Source: a virus. Taken from it: a stretch of DNA of 64,000 nt. The position numbers and the translations under genes are program-made. Shown in pieces: positions 37,917 through 47,596 of this stretch (position 1 is its first letter; each line of letters begins with the position of its first letter). The notes below the pieces were generated by a model. The model made no database searches. It had not been told where the DNA came from and worked only from the letters and a program-made list of their open reading frames with translations. The stretch lies in the IMG/VR virus record IMGVR_UViG_3300010412_000004, positions 1 to 64,000 of that record; one strand, written 5' to 3'.

Positions 37917-38095
37917 ACGTTCATCTCGGTATTGTAAGACCTGGCATGACGGCAGAGCAAATAGAAACTCTCCAGTTCTCTCTTTTTCATCCTTTTAAGA
38001 CCTTTTCTTGCATTGGTCCAGTAAAAGTGGTGTTTACCGTAGATGTTATCTTTAATTCTGGACAGTATTTCGTCGATGAGTTTCTCTTTATCCAT
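37913..38095 (-). CDS. Hypothetical protein
   Basis: gaggtg RBS; ATGA overlap. Confidence 0.55.
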   Translation of the reverse strand: MDKEKLIDEILSRIKDNIYGKHHFYWTNARKGLKRMKKRELESFYLLCRHARSYNTEMNV

Positions 38096-38115
38096 TTTAG
38101 CACCTCTTTAATTGT

Positions 38116-38150
38116 AAAGTGGAGGAGAAAGGTTTTCTCTCCTCCACTTT
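38116..38150 (-). terminator. Intrinsic terminator-like hairpin
   Basis: aaagtggaggaga / tctcctccacttt 13-bp stem immediately after the stop at 38155. Confidence 0.7.
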
Positions 38151-38154
38151 CTTA

Positions 38155-38973
38155 TTAGTTGTAGAGGCTCTTTCTGATTCGTGTTTCCAGATCGAATCTT
38201 CTTACTTCACTTTCAATTCTGTGAGTGGTGAATTGAGTTAAGATATTGAAGAATGTCCACAATGAGAGGTCCTGTGCCTCCTTCACATAATCACCTCCCA
38301 TTTCCATCAGTGCAAGCCATCTATCCAGCGTCCACATCGTAGAGGTTTCTGGCTCCTCTAACAAGAGATTTGTCTCTTTCTTGTTAAGGTCGAGGTTCTT
38401 GAGTGTATTCTCGTAGGCTTTCATAACGAGAGGAGTGTTGGACCAGTTTTTCCACTCAATAGCCTGCATTTGGATTCCTTCTACACCTTCCTTAATTTTG
38501 TCTTTGGACTCTCTCAAGTCAAGGGCGGGGAGGTGCCTCTTGCTTAATTTTGCGAAGGTTTCTCCGACCACAGCTCCGTTAGAGCAAACGAGTCGGTATG
38601 CTCCTAACATAACTGTGAACTTCCAGCCTAAATCGTAGCTGTTGAATATCTCCAGTGTGGGATTAATGAGGTCACCCTTTTTTCTCTCCCCTACTTGGAA
38701 CTTGACTTCAGAGAAGAGGTAGCGGGCTCTCATCCTGGCTCCGTGGTTATGGAGAGCTACTGTCCTTGAAACTTTACCAAGGTCAAGGGATGCCAAGGCA
38801 TCTTCAGCATTTTCCAGGACGTCCTCATGTTTTACCAGCTTATACTTGTCGCTGGCAATGGCGAAGACCTCTTCAGTTTCTGGATTTCTCACGGCTTTGT
38901 ATCCATTTACCTCGAGGTCTCCGACATACACCGGAGCAAGCTCAACAGCAGGAAATTTGACTTCCTGATGCAT
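38155..38973 (-). CDS. DUF932/DUF945-family protein
   Basis: SDKYKLV.H, NSYD, GAYRLVCSNG, KRH; start at ATG 38973 with aaggagg RBS. Confidence 0.85.
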   Translation of the reverse strand: MHQEVKFPAVELAPVYVGDLEVNGYKAVRNPETEEVFAIASDKYKLVKHEDVLENAEDALASLDLGKVSRTVALHNHGARMRARYLFSEVKFQVGERKKGDLINPTLEIFNSYDLGWKFTVMLGAYRLVCSNGAVVGETFAKLSKRHLPALDLRESKDKIKEGVEGIQMQAIEWKNWSNTPLVMKAYENTLKNLDLNKKETNLLLEEPETSTMWTLDRWLALMEMGGDYVKEAQDLSLWTFFNILTQFTTHRIESEVRRFDLETRIRKSLYN

Positions 38974-38986
38974 AGTACTTGCCTCC

Positions 38987-39451
38987 TTATTTCTCGACGG
39001 TGATTCGACCTTTGTCGTCGATTTTGATCTTCCAGTTCTTGTTGGCACGAAGGTCAGCGATCGTTCCAGATACAGCGGCCTTATTTTTGTCAACAGGCCA
39101 TTCCTCTGGATTCTTTTCGTGCAGGGCTTCAGCCAGTGTAGCGGTGTCCCAGATACCTTCTTGGATCGCCTCGATGATCAGTGATCTCCTTGAAGGCATT
39201 CCGTTTTTGGTGCGTGTCCCCATTTCTTCTGCTGGGGTGGCTTCACCTTTTTCCTCTACAGGATCCTCCACAACCTCCTCGGCGTTTTCTGAGGTGTTGA
39301 TTTTGCAGAACTGATCATGGAGTTTTTCGATGAGGTCCTTCTTGAGGTAGCGTGTGGGTGGACGTGTTTGGAACGTCTTTTCATAGAGTTCCTGGAGCGT
39401 AGGTACCTTCTGTCCCTGAAGGTGTTTGAGGTAGTCTTGATTTGTCATCAT
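38987..39451 (-). CDS. Putative DNA-binding protein (winged-helix-like C-domain), paralogue of 47597..48043
   Basis: SRRSLIIE...LAE.L...NKAAVSGTIADL. Confidence 0.7.
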   Translation of the reverse strand: MMTNQDYLKHLQGQKVPTLQELYEKTFQTRPPTRYLKKDLIEKLHDQFCKINTSENAEEVVEDPVEEKGEATPAEEMGTRTKNGMPSRRSLIIEAIQEGIWDTATLAEALHEKNPEEWPVDKNKAAVSGTIADLRANKNWKIKIDDKGRITVEK

Positions 39452-39512
39452 TTTACCCTCCCTTCTCATTGTTAATGGGTTAATAAAGTTGCTTTCCTCT
39501 GCCTACAGTTAT

Positions 39513-39548
39513 AATATAATAGAAGAAAAGTGCAAAGTCAAGAGAAAT
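39513..39548 (-). promoter_or_regulatory. Sigma70-type early promoter
   Basis: ATTTCTC TTGACT-17-TATATT. Confidence 0.7.
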
Positions 39549-39566
39549 ATTTGGTAAAAATTTAGT

Positions 39567-39938
39567 CTATCTTTCTCTGATGAGCTCTTCTAGGGCTTCC
39601 TTAAGTGGTCTGTGGCTACGTTTTTTAATCTCTTCACATATCGCGTTGAAGATTTTATTGTGGTCAGGATGATTAAATCCTACCATTTGTGTAGCCTCAT
39701 CAAATACTCTATCACCTATTAGGTCTTTTAAGGTATCCTTGTCAGAAAACATATTATCTGCCTCCACATCTCTTTCCCCAGGTGATAGGTATTCCTCTGA
39801 TTGTGAGTAGGAGATATCTTCTATCGCATTTACCAACCAGTTGTAGGAATCCTTCGCCGCTTTTTTAATTTTCTCGGTGTTCATTACATTTTTCCCAAAG
39901 GTTTCAAATGTCCTGGCAATAGTGCCATTATGACCCAT
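39567..39938 (-). CDS. Hypothetical early protein
   Basis: ORF; likely start 39884. Confidence 0.55.
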   Translation of the reverse strand: MGHNGTIARTFETFGKNVMNTEKIKKAAKDSYNWLVNAIEDISYSQSEEYLSPGERDVEADNMFSDKDTLKDLIGDRVFDEATQMVGFNHPDHNKIFNAICEEIKKRSHRPLKEALEELIRER

Positions 39939-40126
39939 CCTCTGGCGTCTAAAGGGAAGGGTCTACCAAACATCGGTGCTTTATCATCATACAGCCATAC
40001 GAAACTCATTGTGGGCAATATTCCAATGGCTTGAAATACAGCATCTACCCAGTCTTGTGGAAGAGCATAATCAAAGGTCATATCTTCCATTCCTAATTGC
40101 TTTATGATTCCGCCTTTTGTAATCAT
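39884..40126 (-). CDS. Hypothetical early protein
   Basis: aggagg RBS. Confidence 0.6.
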   Translation of the reverse strand: MITKGGIIKQLGMEDMTFDYALPQDWVDAVFQAIGILPTMSFVWLYDDKAPMFGRPFPLDARGWVIMALLPGHLKPLGKM

Positions 40127-40146
40127 GTGATCCTCCTTTTTCGTAT

Positions 40147-40182
40147 AATATAGTAAGGATGGCCAAAGAAATCAAGATAATT
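40147..40182 (-). promoter_or_regulatory. Sigma70-type early promoter
   Basis: AATTATC TTGATT-17-TATATT. Confidence 0.7.
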
Positions 40183-40189
40183 TTTTGAG

Positions 40190-40513
40190 TTATTCTTTCT
40201 CTATCTCCATCGTAGCCATTGGATAGATATCCCAGTTTGATTCGTCAGGATTGATGGACATAGTATTTCTGAATCTTTCCTGAGCTTGCTCTGTGAGGTC
40301 ATCCCAATATATCTCGAACGTCTCGGTTTTTATCCTTTCATTATACTCTTTCTCTGCTTGTTTCCATCCTTCTTCCCAGTCTTTAGCGTAGATATCAGAT
40401 CCCCAGAAGTGTTTCTGATGGTTAAGGTATGGATTTACATCATTTGGATCTTCTCCTGGAGAGAAGGCATTTCTACCTTCTCTTCTTCTCCCTGAAGGTG
40501 TGTTGTTTCCCAT
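40190..40513 (-). CDS. Hypothetical early protein
   Basis: aggagg RBS; NPY...WEEGW motif. Confidence 0.6.
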   Translation of the reverse strand: MGNNTPSGRRREGRNAFSPGEDPNDVNPYLNHQKHFWGSDIYAKDWEEGWKQAEKEYNERIKTETFEIYWDDLTEQAQERFRNTMSINPDESNWDIYPMATMEIEKE

Positions 40514-40526
40514 AATTCCTCCTTTC

Positions 40527-40721
40527 TTAAAACATCTCTACCACACGGTAGTTGAAGGAAGCAGGAGAGAAGGAACATATCATCTGATCTTTTAAATCTT
40601 GAGCTTTCTTCTCGGCCTCTTCCTTGTTAGGGGTCTCGTATATTTTATCATCCTCCTTAAGCCAAGCCTGACGGGATCCTGTAATCCCTCCCCAAACGTA
40701 ACATCTAATTCTGTATATCAT
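40527..40721 (-). CDS. Hypothetical early protein
   Basis: aggaggtga RBS. Confidence 0.6.
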   Translation of the reverse strand: MIYRIRCYVWGGITGSRQAWLKEDDKIYETPNKEEAEKKAQDLKDQMICSFSPASFNYRVVEMF

Positions 40722-41147
40722 TTTTTCTCACCTCCTTTCTCTAAAGTATTTGGGTCTGGGCTCATTCCCTCCGTTTGAACCCAGAGCCAAATTCTTTAGA
40801 ATGCCATTGCCATTAGCATTAATATGAGTAAAATAGAAACCATAAGTAGGAAACCAAAGGTAACTTTTATGTAATGAGCGATCTCCTCTATCTTTGGCAT
40901 TATTTTCTCAAGTAATGCGGTTAAAAATTCATCTCTGCTCATCATTCTGAAATAGTCCTCCAATCTTTATCCTTTTCCATGGTCCTTCATTATTTTATTG
41001 GTTAATTTTATGCACTCAGAGTACCTACATTTATATGCAAGTTCTTTGGCTTTTTCCCAACGGGGATCTTCAAGGTATCTCTGAGTTCTGTCCTTTTCGG
41101 GTAATCTCCATAAAGGGGTGTTTCTTTTTATCACTTTTGTCCTCCTT

Positions 41148-41447
41148 TTAGATCACTTCTACCTCTGCATAAGGAACACAGAAAAGATAGGGACGCCGAG
41201 ATTTGAGACCTTCCCCATAAAATCCTGCGTATCCCATTCCTGCCATACGTGAATCCCAAGACCCATACTCCAGTCGTCCATTTGCGTGGGCAATGGGATC
41301 AAAGATCATTTCATGATGTTCAAATAGATGTTCTTCTTTGGAATGATATTTGACAGGATTTTCTACAGATACTATCTTGTTGCGGCACATGGTGGCACGG
41401 AAGAGTATTCCGCTGGTCCCTGCTTTGATCTTGAATAGCTTCATAAA
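41148..41447 (-). CDS. Hypothetical early protein
   Basis: ORF behind ggaggtga RBS; exact start uncertain. Confidence 0.55.
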   Translation of the reverse strand, partial: FMKLFKIKAGTSGILFRATMCRNKIVSVENPVKYHSKEEHLFEHHEMIFDPIAHANGRLEYGSWDSRMAGMGYAGFYGEGLKSRRPYLFCVPYAEVEVI

Positions 41448-41493
41448 TATCACCTCCCTCCCCAGGTTGGCTATATTTAGATCCTTTTTATTA

Positions 41494-41531
41494 AGCATAA
41501 CACTGGTTAAACGTGTAAAGCAAGATAAATT
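41494..41531 (-). promoter_or_regulatory. Sigma70-type early promoter
   Basis: AATTTATC TTGCTT-18-TATGCT. Confidence 0.6.
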
Positions 41532-41537
41532 TTATGG

Positions 41538-41915
41538 TTATTTTTTGCTTCCGTGTCCACAATCAATAGTAGATTTCTGTCCAGGTGCAAATACCCACTC
41601 ATGGTCACATGAGTATTGCTTGATTGTTGGGTAAGGATCGTTTGGATCCTCCATTGCGTTAAGGATTTCTCGTAGTTTGGTCAAGCCATACTCTGTGGTG
41701 CATCCATCCTTATTGCTTCCCAGGTAGAGATCCACTCTTAACCAGTGAAGGTTCTCATCAACGTCAGCTTTGGAAGGAACTTTTTCGATTCTCCTTTTGA
41801 AAATCCAAGAGAGTATATCCTCACTTTGGTTGTCACCGAATATGGTGCGACAGTACGGGCATTTACTGTGACCAGTGGCTCCACACTTTCTGCATACAAT
41901 GTTGGAATGAGACAT
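41538..41915 (-). CDS. Cys-rich hypothetical protein
   Basis: aggaggtga RBS; CRKC...CPYC, CDHEW. Confidence 0.6.
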   Translation of the reverse strand: MSHSNIVCRKCGATGHSKCPYCRTIFGDNQSEDILSWIFKRRIEKVPSKADVDENLHWLRVDLYLGSNKDGCTTEYGLTKLREILNAMEDPNDPYPTIKQYSCDHEWVFAPGQKSTIDCGHGSKK

Positions 41916-41991
41916 TTTTCTCACCTCCTTTCTCTTTTGGATTATACTTCCCAAGGAGCATTAATCCTCCCGTTTAATGCTCCTTAAGAAT

Positions 41992-42213
41992 TTAACCCAG
42001 TTCTACTTCGTCACAGTAGGTGTAAGCCTCTGGGTGAATTGAGAAAGGATCCTTTCCTTTTTCTACCCTTAATATGTTGATTCTTTTGATACAGGGCTCA
42101 CAGATTGGGTCTCTCGTGCCTTTTTCATTGTACCATGAAGGTACCTTCTTTGGATTAAAAGTGAATGGCCTCTTGCAAACTAAACAAGGAGAAATCACAA
42201 AAGCATATCCCAT
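41992..42213 (-). CDS. Small Zn-finger protein
   Basis: CLVC...CEPC. Confidence 0.6.
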   Translation of the reverse strand: MGYAFVISPCLVCKRPFTFNPKKVPSWYNEKGTRDPICEPCIKRINILRVEKGKDPFSIHPEAYTYCDEVELG

Positions 42214-42219
42214 ATTTTA

Positions 42220-42396
42220 TCACCCCCTTCTCAATGATTTTACTATCTTCTCACACTTTGGACACTTGAAGGTCAGAACGTCCCTTCCAAAGAAATCCTC
42301 TTCGATTCCTTTGAATTCTACCGTATCTTCATCAAATTGCTCATTACATTCGGAGCAGGTGACATAGATAGGTCTTGGAGCAAAGAACTTTCTCAT
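42220..42396 (-). CDS. Small Zn-ribbon protein
   Basis: aggagg RBS; CSEC...CPKC. Confidence 0.6.
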   Translation of the reverse strand: MRKFFAPRPIYVTCSECNEQFDEDTVEFKGIEEDFFGRDVLTFKCPKCEKIVKSLRRG

Positions 42397-42665
42397 TTTG
42401 CCTCCTTTCTCTTGCAAATTGGGCATAACTGTGAGCTTTTTTTGCGGTTCTTGAGTTTTCTCTCAAAGTTCCTATCCACCTCATGCCAAATCCTTGCAAT
42501 CCTGAAGCTGATCCCTGCTTCAGTAACTACCTCCAGAAGACGAGCACCACGTCCATTTCGGTGACGCTCTATTCTCCCATCTAAATCTCCATTTTCACAG
42601 TATCCAATATAATGGCGGGCATGGTGGTAGGGCTTTTCAAAGTGAAGTAAGTAGACTTTTCCCAT
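42393..42665 (-). CDS. Small GIY-YIG nuclease-family protein
   Basis: VYLLHF...HYIG...RIERH..G.GA...ERKLK. Confidence 0.75.
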   Translation of the reverse strand: MGKVYLLHFEKPYHHARHYIGYCENGDLDGRIERHRNGRGARLLEVVTEAGISFRIARIWHEVDRNFERKLKNRKKSSQLCPICKRKEAK

Positions 42666-42738
42666 CTTGGTAGTCCCAATTTTAGTGGGTTAGTGTTCCA
42701 GACTTCACTCTCCCTCCCGAAGAGTGAAGTCCAAGTCA

Positions 42739-42951
42739 TCAACTCACTTTGACCAGGACACCTTCTTTCAAGGTTCCTTTTGCATACCATCTGTGAGGTT
42801 CAGGATAGTGCGGTCCTTCCAGGTATACCGTTCCGTCTTTCGGAAGACTGCTGGAGAAAGGACCAGGTTGGTAGACTTCAATCCTTTTCCCACTTGCCAG
42901 GGCTTCTTTCAAAGCCTTCTTGGTCTTAAAGTTTATCGTGGTATAAGCCAT
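42739..42951 (-). CDS. Hypothetical early protein
   Basis: aggaggtga RBS; NFKTKKALKEA...EGPHYP.PH.WYA. Confidence 0.65.
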   Translation of the reverse strand: MAYTTINFKTKKALKEALASGKRIEVYQPGPFSSSLPKDGTVYLEGPHYPEPHRWYAKGTLKEGVLVKVS

Positions 42952-43000
42952 CTTTTCTCACCTCCTTTCTTATATTTTCTCAGCTTTTCTCAACCTAAAT

Positions 43001-43279
43001 CTACTCTTTGTGAAGGATATCTCCTTCGGTTAAAACTTTGATGGCATACTCCATCACGGTTGCGAGTGTATAGAAATGAGCACTAAACCATCCATTCCAT
43101 ACTTCATGTACCTCTTTTAAGGGATCTGTAAACAGGGAAGAGATGGGGTAACTCACAATGCTGTAGGGAAAATCAGACATCGTTGGGTCACCAATTCTCT
43201 CTACTGAAAATACTCCCTCCTCAGTCAAAGATACGATACAGATATACCCGTTGTATCTGCTTACGGTTCTGTGGTCCAT
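43001..43279 (-). CDS. Hypothetical early protein
   Basis: ggaggtga RBS. Confidence 0.55.
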   Translation of the reverse strand: MDHRTVSRYNGYICIVSLTEEGVFSVERIGDPTMSDFPYSIVSYPISSLFTDPLKEVHEVWNGWFSAHFYTLATVMEYAIKVLTEGDILHKE

Positions 43280-43506
43280 TCTTTTTCACCTCCCTTCCCC
43301 TTCTAAGTTCTGGTCATTGGGCTTATGTTCCTCCCTCCACATAAGCCCAGCAATCATAACTTAGTTAGAGGCGACCAGCACCTGAGTGCAGTCCTTCCAC
43401 CTATTGCTCAGCTTGCTGATCCCTTTGCGCCCGAGCGCCTTTCTCCTTGCCATCTTCCAGCTGTTTTTAACCATCCACCTTTTTGCCGTCTTCTTTTTCA
43501 TCTCGA

Positions 43507-43731
43507 CTAACCCTCCCTCTTGGATTTGCATTGACTACATACAATGCCATTGGGTCTTCCGTTTTCATCAAAAGTTACGTTTGGTAGAAGATGACTAAAG
43601 TTTAAGAATCTTCTCCCACACTCACTGCAAACAGTTACGTGGTCATATTCTCCTATCGCTCTCTGCATCAATTTATGGGTAGTGTGTGAGCAACTATTTG
43701 TGAAGTATTGACCACAACTGCATCTTATCAT
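43507..43731 (-). CDS. Small Cys/His-rich protein
   Basis: aggaggtga RBS; CSC, CSEC, CSQC. Confidence 0.55.
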   Translation of the reverse strand: MIRCSCGQYFTNSCSHTTHKLMQRAIGEYDHVTVCSECGRRFLNFSHLLPNVTFDENGRPNGIVCSQCKSKREG

Positions 43732-43799
43732 CTTTTCACCTCCTTCCTTTTGGTCTACTACGGGAAAAACTTGTGCTTGTCTGCGTATGCTTCATTAAT

Positions 43800-43836
43800 A
43801 ATATAAGCAAATTCAACTGATAAAGCACGATAAGTT
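43800..43836 (-). promoter_or_regulatory. Early promoter variant
   Basis: AACTTATC GTGCTT-17-TATATT. Confidence 0.5.
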
Positions 43837-43875
43837 TATGATATTTGTTTTTCTCAATAGCAGTTATGGACATTC

Positions 43876-44091
43876 TCAATCCTTGATAAACTCAAAACAC
43901 TTGTCCATGGCTTTTTCTAATGCTTTTGCCAAATCCACAGCATCTTCCAAATTGTCAAAGAGCCATCCAATGTCACCATTTAAGAAACTCACTTCAAAGT
44001 AATTCGGGCTGTTCTTGTCTGGGTCATATTCGAGTGAGACCACCAGATTTAGATCGTCTTTCCCATATGTCTTCAATTCCATGCTGTCCAT
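43876..44091 (-). CDS. Hypothetical early protein
   Basis: ggaggtga RBS. Confidence 0.6.
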   Translation of the reverse strand: MDSMELKTYGKDDLNLVVSLEYDPDKNSPNYFEVSFLNGDIGWLFDNLEDAVDLAKALEKAMDKCFEFIKD

Positions 44092-44302
44092 CTTTTTTCA
44101 CCTCCCTTCTCTTCGTATTTGACTCAAGTTGTTCTTCCAAGTCGCACTCGCTTCCTCCCTCCCTTGCCAGTGCGACTCAGAAGCTCAACTCTTTACATTG
44201 GTAATCTGTCCATTACCTCCATTACCGTTTGCAACAGTTTGTGCATCGTCCAAAGCATTAGTAATCCAAAACCAATAGACAGTATTAATCTTGCTTTTAC
44301 CA

Positions 44303-44716
44303 TTAGAACCTCCTCCATACGACTCTTAATTTAATGTAGTGGTGTGGTCCGGGTGTGAAGTTACAGCTACCAATCTCCATCTCCCATTGTACATATGGGA
44401 TCATGTAGCATTTTACGGGAAACTTGAGCTCCAGTTTTTCTGCTAATACCACTGCCTTCTCTGCATCTACTACTAAAATACTATACCCTTTCAGTCCTTG
44501 AAGTTTGTCATTATACACTCTTCCCAGCGATTCAAACTTCATAGCATTCCTAATTTCTGACCTTTCTTCAGTTGTCAAAGGTCTGTAACAGCAGGGGAGG
44601 ACTTCTTTGGGAGTTTTGCGACGGGCAAACTCTTCTTTTGGGTCAACCTTCAAAATTTCCTTCCATACCCACTCTTTCCTTTTTCCTAAAATTTCATTGT
44701 ACTGTTCCTGGTTCAT
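44303..44716 (-). CDS. Hypothetical early protein
   Basis: aggaggtga RBS. Confidence 0.6.
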   Translation of the reverse strand: MNQEQYNEILGKRKEWVWKEILKVDPKEEFARRKTPKEVLPCCYRPLTTEERSEIRNAMKFESLGRVYNDKLQGLKGYSILVVDAEKAVVLAEKLELKFPVKCYMIPYVQWEMEIGSCNFTPGPHHYIKLRVVWRRF

Positions 44717-44753
44717 GGTCTCTTCACCTCCTTTCTCTTTTTATTTATTTCAG

Positions 44754-45086
44754 TTAACTCAGTACCTCCATCATATCATCGTATGTATCAAATTTCTGTT
44801 TTTCCCTGCCCACTTCCTTCCAGTTTTCCCTTACGAACTTTTCGTAGTTTCTGCAGGCGGTGAGGATTTCTTCTGGGGAATACTCAAGGTCAAAGCAAAT
44901 TATGTCCCAGTCTGTGTTATCAATAATGCAACCAAATTCCTCCTGCTCGTCAATATACAGACTTACCCTGCTGGGTCCTTCTGTGTTGGGTCTGTGAAAT
45001 ATGACGGTACGCCATGGTTTTCCGTCTTTTTCAACTTCCCAAATCCTGTATCCCTTCTCATAGTCTATTTTTACCGTTTTAAACAT
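44754..45086 (-). CDS. Hypothetical early protein
   Basis: aggaggtga RBS. Confidence 0.6.
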   Translation of the reverse strand: MFKTVKIDYEKGYRIWEVEKDGKPWRTVIFHRPNTEGPSRVSLYIDEQEEFGCIIDNTDWDIICFDLEYSPEEILTACRNYEKFVRENWKEVGREKQKFDTYDDMMEVLS

Positions 45087-45189
45087 TTTTTTTCACCTCC
45101 TTTCTCTTCTTATTTGCTTCAGTTTACCCTCCAGGTCCCACAGAAGCCCTCCCGTATCTTCTTGCGGGACCTAAAGCGTAAACTTGAAA

Positions 45190-45411
45190 TTACCTTCTTA
45201 CACTCGACATAATTACCAGAAATCCCCATCGTGTCAACTTGCTTGTTTTGTTGCACTCTTCGCAAATTCCCGAAGTGTAAAGCAAGTTTGGTTCTGAAAA
45301 TACTTGACGGGCTCCACAATGGGCGCAAGTAAACTTCGCGTACCACGTGTGTCCTTCTTCAAGTAATTTCAACAGCATTGGTTCTAACTCGTCGTATGTC
45401 TTATCCGCCAT
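45190..45411 (-). CDS. Small Zn-ribbon protein
   Basis: aggaggtga RBS; CAHC...CEEC. Confidence 0.6.
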   Translation of the reverse strand: MADKTYDELEPMLLKLLEEGHTWYAKFTCAHCGARQVFSEPNLLYTSGICEECNKTSKLTRWGFLVIMSSVRR

Positions 45412-45449
45412 TTCTCTTCACCTCCTTTCTCATTAAATTTTTCTGCTTT

Positions 45450-45785
45450 CTAACAGTCGTCTCTGACCACTTCTCCGTACCTTGCAATATACACTAATTG
45501 CATGAAGTCTTTTAGGGTGTCTATGCCTGGGATATTCCCTGTGACTTCCCCAGTTTCGGGATCACAATTTGCATACTGCTTGGTTTCTCCATAATAGTCA
45601 TCCATTAAATGCTCTTCTTTTCTGCAAATGTCAATATGCTCTGGGAAGTAACTTTCATGGACTATTGTGATAAAAATGTCTTCTCGTACTTTGTATCCCG
45701 TTATCGCATGACTCGAACCAGCATTAAATCTGTCTTCTTTTCTGTAAATGTCAAGAAAAATATCTGGTATTCTATTTTGTCCCAT
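45450..45785 (-). CDS. Hypothetical early protein
   Basis: aggaggtga RBS. Confidence 0.6.
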   Translation of the reverse strand: MGQNRIPDIFLDIYRKEDRFNAGSSHAITGYKVREDIFITIVHESYFPEHIDICRKEEHLMDDYYGETKQYANCDPETGEVTGNIPGIDTLKDFMQLVYIARYGEVVRDDC

Positions 45786-45845
45786 ATCTTTTTCACCTCC
45801 TTTCCCATAGTAAATTTTCTGTCATACTTCATATTTTCTAAACAT

Positions 45846-45882
45846 AATATAACAGTTACAAGAAGATAATACAAGATAAATT
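45846..45882 (-). promoter_or_regulatory. Sigma70-type early promoter
   Basis: AATTTATC TTGTAT-17-TATATT. Confidence 0.7.
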
Positions 45883-45946
45883 ACACAACATCCATGATTT
45901 TCTCGCCATAAAAATTTCCCAGAAATTTCTCACAAAAATTTCTCAG

Positions 45947-46414
45947 TTAAATTCTCTCCCTCCAAAGTTCACTCAATATCCCTAAAATATCTCCCATTAC
46001 TGTCTCTGAAAATCTTTCCCTTGTAATCACTCTTACCTCATTCCAGTATGCCAGCAGTCTCAATCGTTTAATCTCCTTACCCTCTTTCCAACTTACTTCT
46101 ATCTCACCTTTATTATACCAATCAACTGTATAATCTACCTTACCTCTCTTTACTGTCCATTTACTCTTTAATATCCACGTCTCGACCATCCCATCATAAT
46201 CAATCACTATTTTGCCTTTAGTCTCAATCTTTTTAACTCTTGCCTTTGAACCTTTCCTACTTCCATCCGTCAAACATCCTTCTATTTCAACCGAATCATT
46301 TTTAATCTGGATATTTGTTATTGACTTTAACCAAAGCTCGCTCGAATCAGGTAGAAATTCATTTAAGTAATTAACCATATCTTCCTCAGTCTCCTTAACT
46401 ATATCTCTTTTCAT
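45947..46414 (-). CDS. Hypothetical early protein, first gene of the leftward arm
   Basis: aggaggtga RBS before ATG 46414. Confidence 0.6.
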   Translation of the reverse strand: MKRDIVKETEEDMVNYLNEFLPDSSELWLKSITNIQIKNDSVEIEGCLTDGSRKGSKARVKKIETKGKIVIDYDGMVETWILKSKWTVKRGKVDYTVDWYNKGEIEVSWKEGKEIKRLRLLAYWNEVRVITRERFSETVMGDILGILSELWRERI

Positions 46415-46502
46415 TATATCACCTCCTTCCCTTTTAAATTTAATTCCAATCATCAATTCATACTCGTGGGTATGGTGCTTTGTGTAGTGTGTATATATGC
46501 GT

Positions 46503-46539
46503 AATGTAAGTGGAGATGAGTGATAGTGCAAGATAAATT
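46503..46539 (-). promoter_or_regulatory. Sigma70-type early promoter
   Basis: AATTTATC TTGCAC-17-TACATT. Confidence 0.65.
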
Positions 46540-47242
46540 GATGATATATTATTGTCTTGGTAGATTAGGAGGTGGACTTGATTGAATTGTTTTAGGTCTG
46601 GCGGCGGCTATTGAGTGGATTAATGGGAGGTGTAGGATTGTAAATGATATGGGTGGCTGGCAGGGAGGCTTTGGTATAGAATGGGAGGTTAATCAATCAT
46701 TCTTATCCTCATCTTTATTTCATTAAATGGATGAATTGATGTGGGAGGAGTGTAGGGAAGAGTTGAAATGGGAGATAATAATCAAGGTAGGGGTGGGGTG
46801 GGTGGGATGTGACGACCACCTGAGTATGGAAATGGTGGTCTGGCATACGAAACTTGAATCAATTTATCCAGCCCACCTTCCACTCATACCATTCCAATTC
46901 GAAATACTGGAACCACGAAGGGACGAGAAGGGTTGGGTCAGCCCAAACCTGACCTTCCCGTTGATGATATGGGAGACCGACCAGGTGTACCGAACCTTCC
47001 GCATCGCTCAGTTTGACCAGACCGCCCCATATGTAGCCAGACCATACCAGCTCAACCCATACCGAATCATATTTATTAAATATTATAAATTTACTAACTA
47101 TTAGTAATTTATTAAGTATGTTGTATTTACTTACTAAATAGTATTTAGTAAATATCATTTAGTAAATACTTGTATATTTACTAAATATTATAAAATTTAA
47201 TAAATGTTATTTAGTAATTAAATAAATTAAAATTACTTAATT

Positions 47243-47369
47243 TATGACAAAAAAAGTCATACTTTTTGACAAAAAATGTCAAAGCATTTATGTAATAATA
47301 ACAAGTATTTAACTAAAATTAAATACTTATTTAGAAAATAAATTGCCTCTTTTGACAAAAAAAGTAATT
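47243..47369. promoter_or_regulatory. Palindromic operator-like sites TGAC-N7-GTCA
   Basis: tatgac-aaaaaaa-gtcata (47243), tttgac-aaaaaat-gtcaaa (47265), imperfect copy at 47351. Confidence 0.6.
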
Positions 47370-47596
47370 AACTTATTTATAGCCATAAAATTATTTTTAA
47401 AATAATATGTAATTATCTTAAATACTTATACAATTTAAGACTTTGTTTTGTACTTTGTGCATACTTTTTGCAATAGTTATTAGCATGTCAAAGTCAACAG
47501 CTATATTAATATTGCTCGCTTGCTATAGTGCTTTCGTGCTTGCATTACTTGACTTCTTTACAGTCTACGCGAAGTAGACAGAAAGTGAAGGCAACT

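Noticed and set aside
46727-47158. ORFs 46727..47104 (+) and 46859..47158 (-)
   Set aside because: Arise from skewed G-rich and C-rich sequence, with no clear RBS and implausible composition
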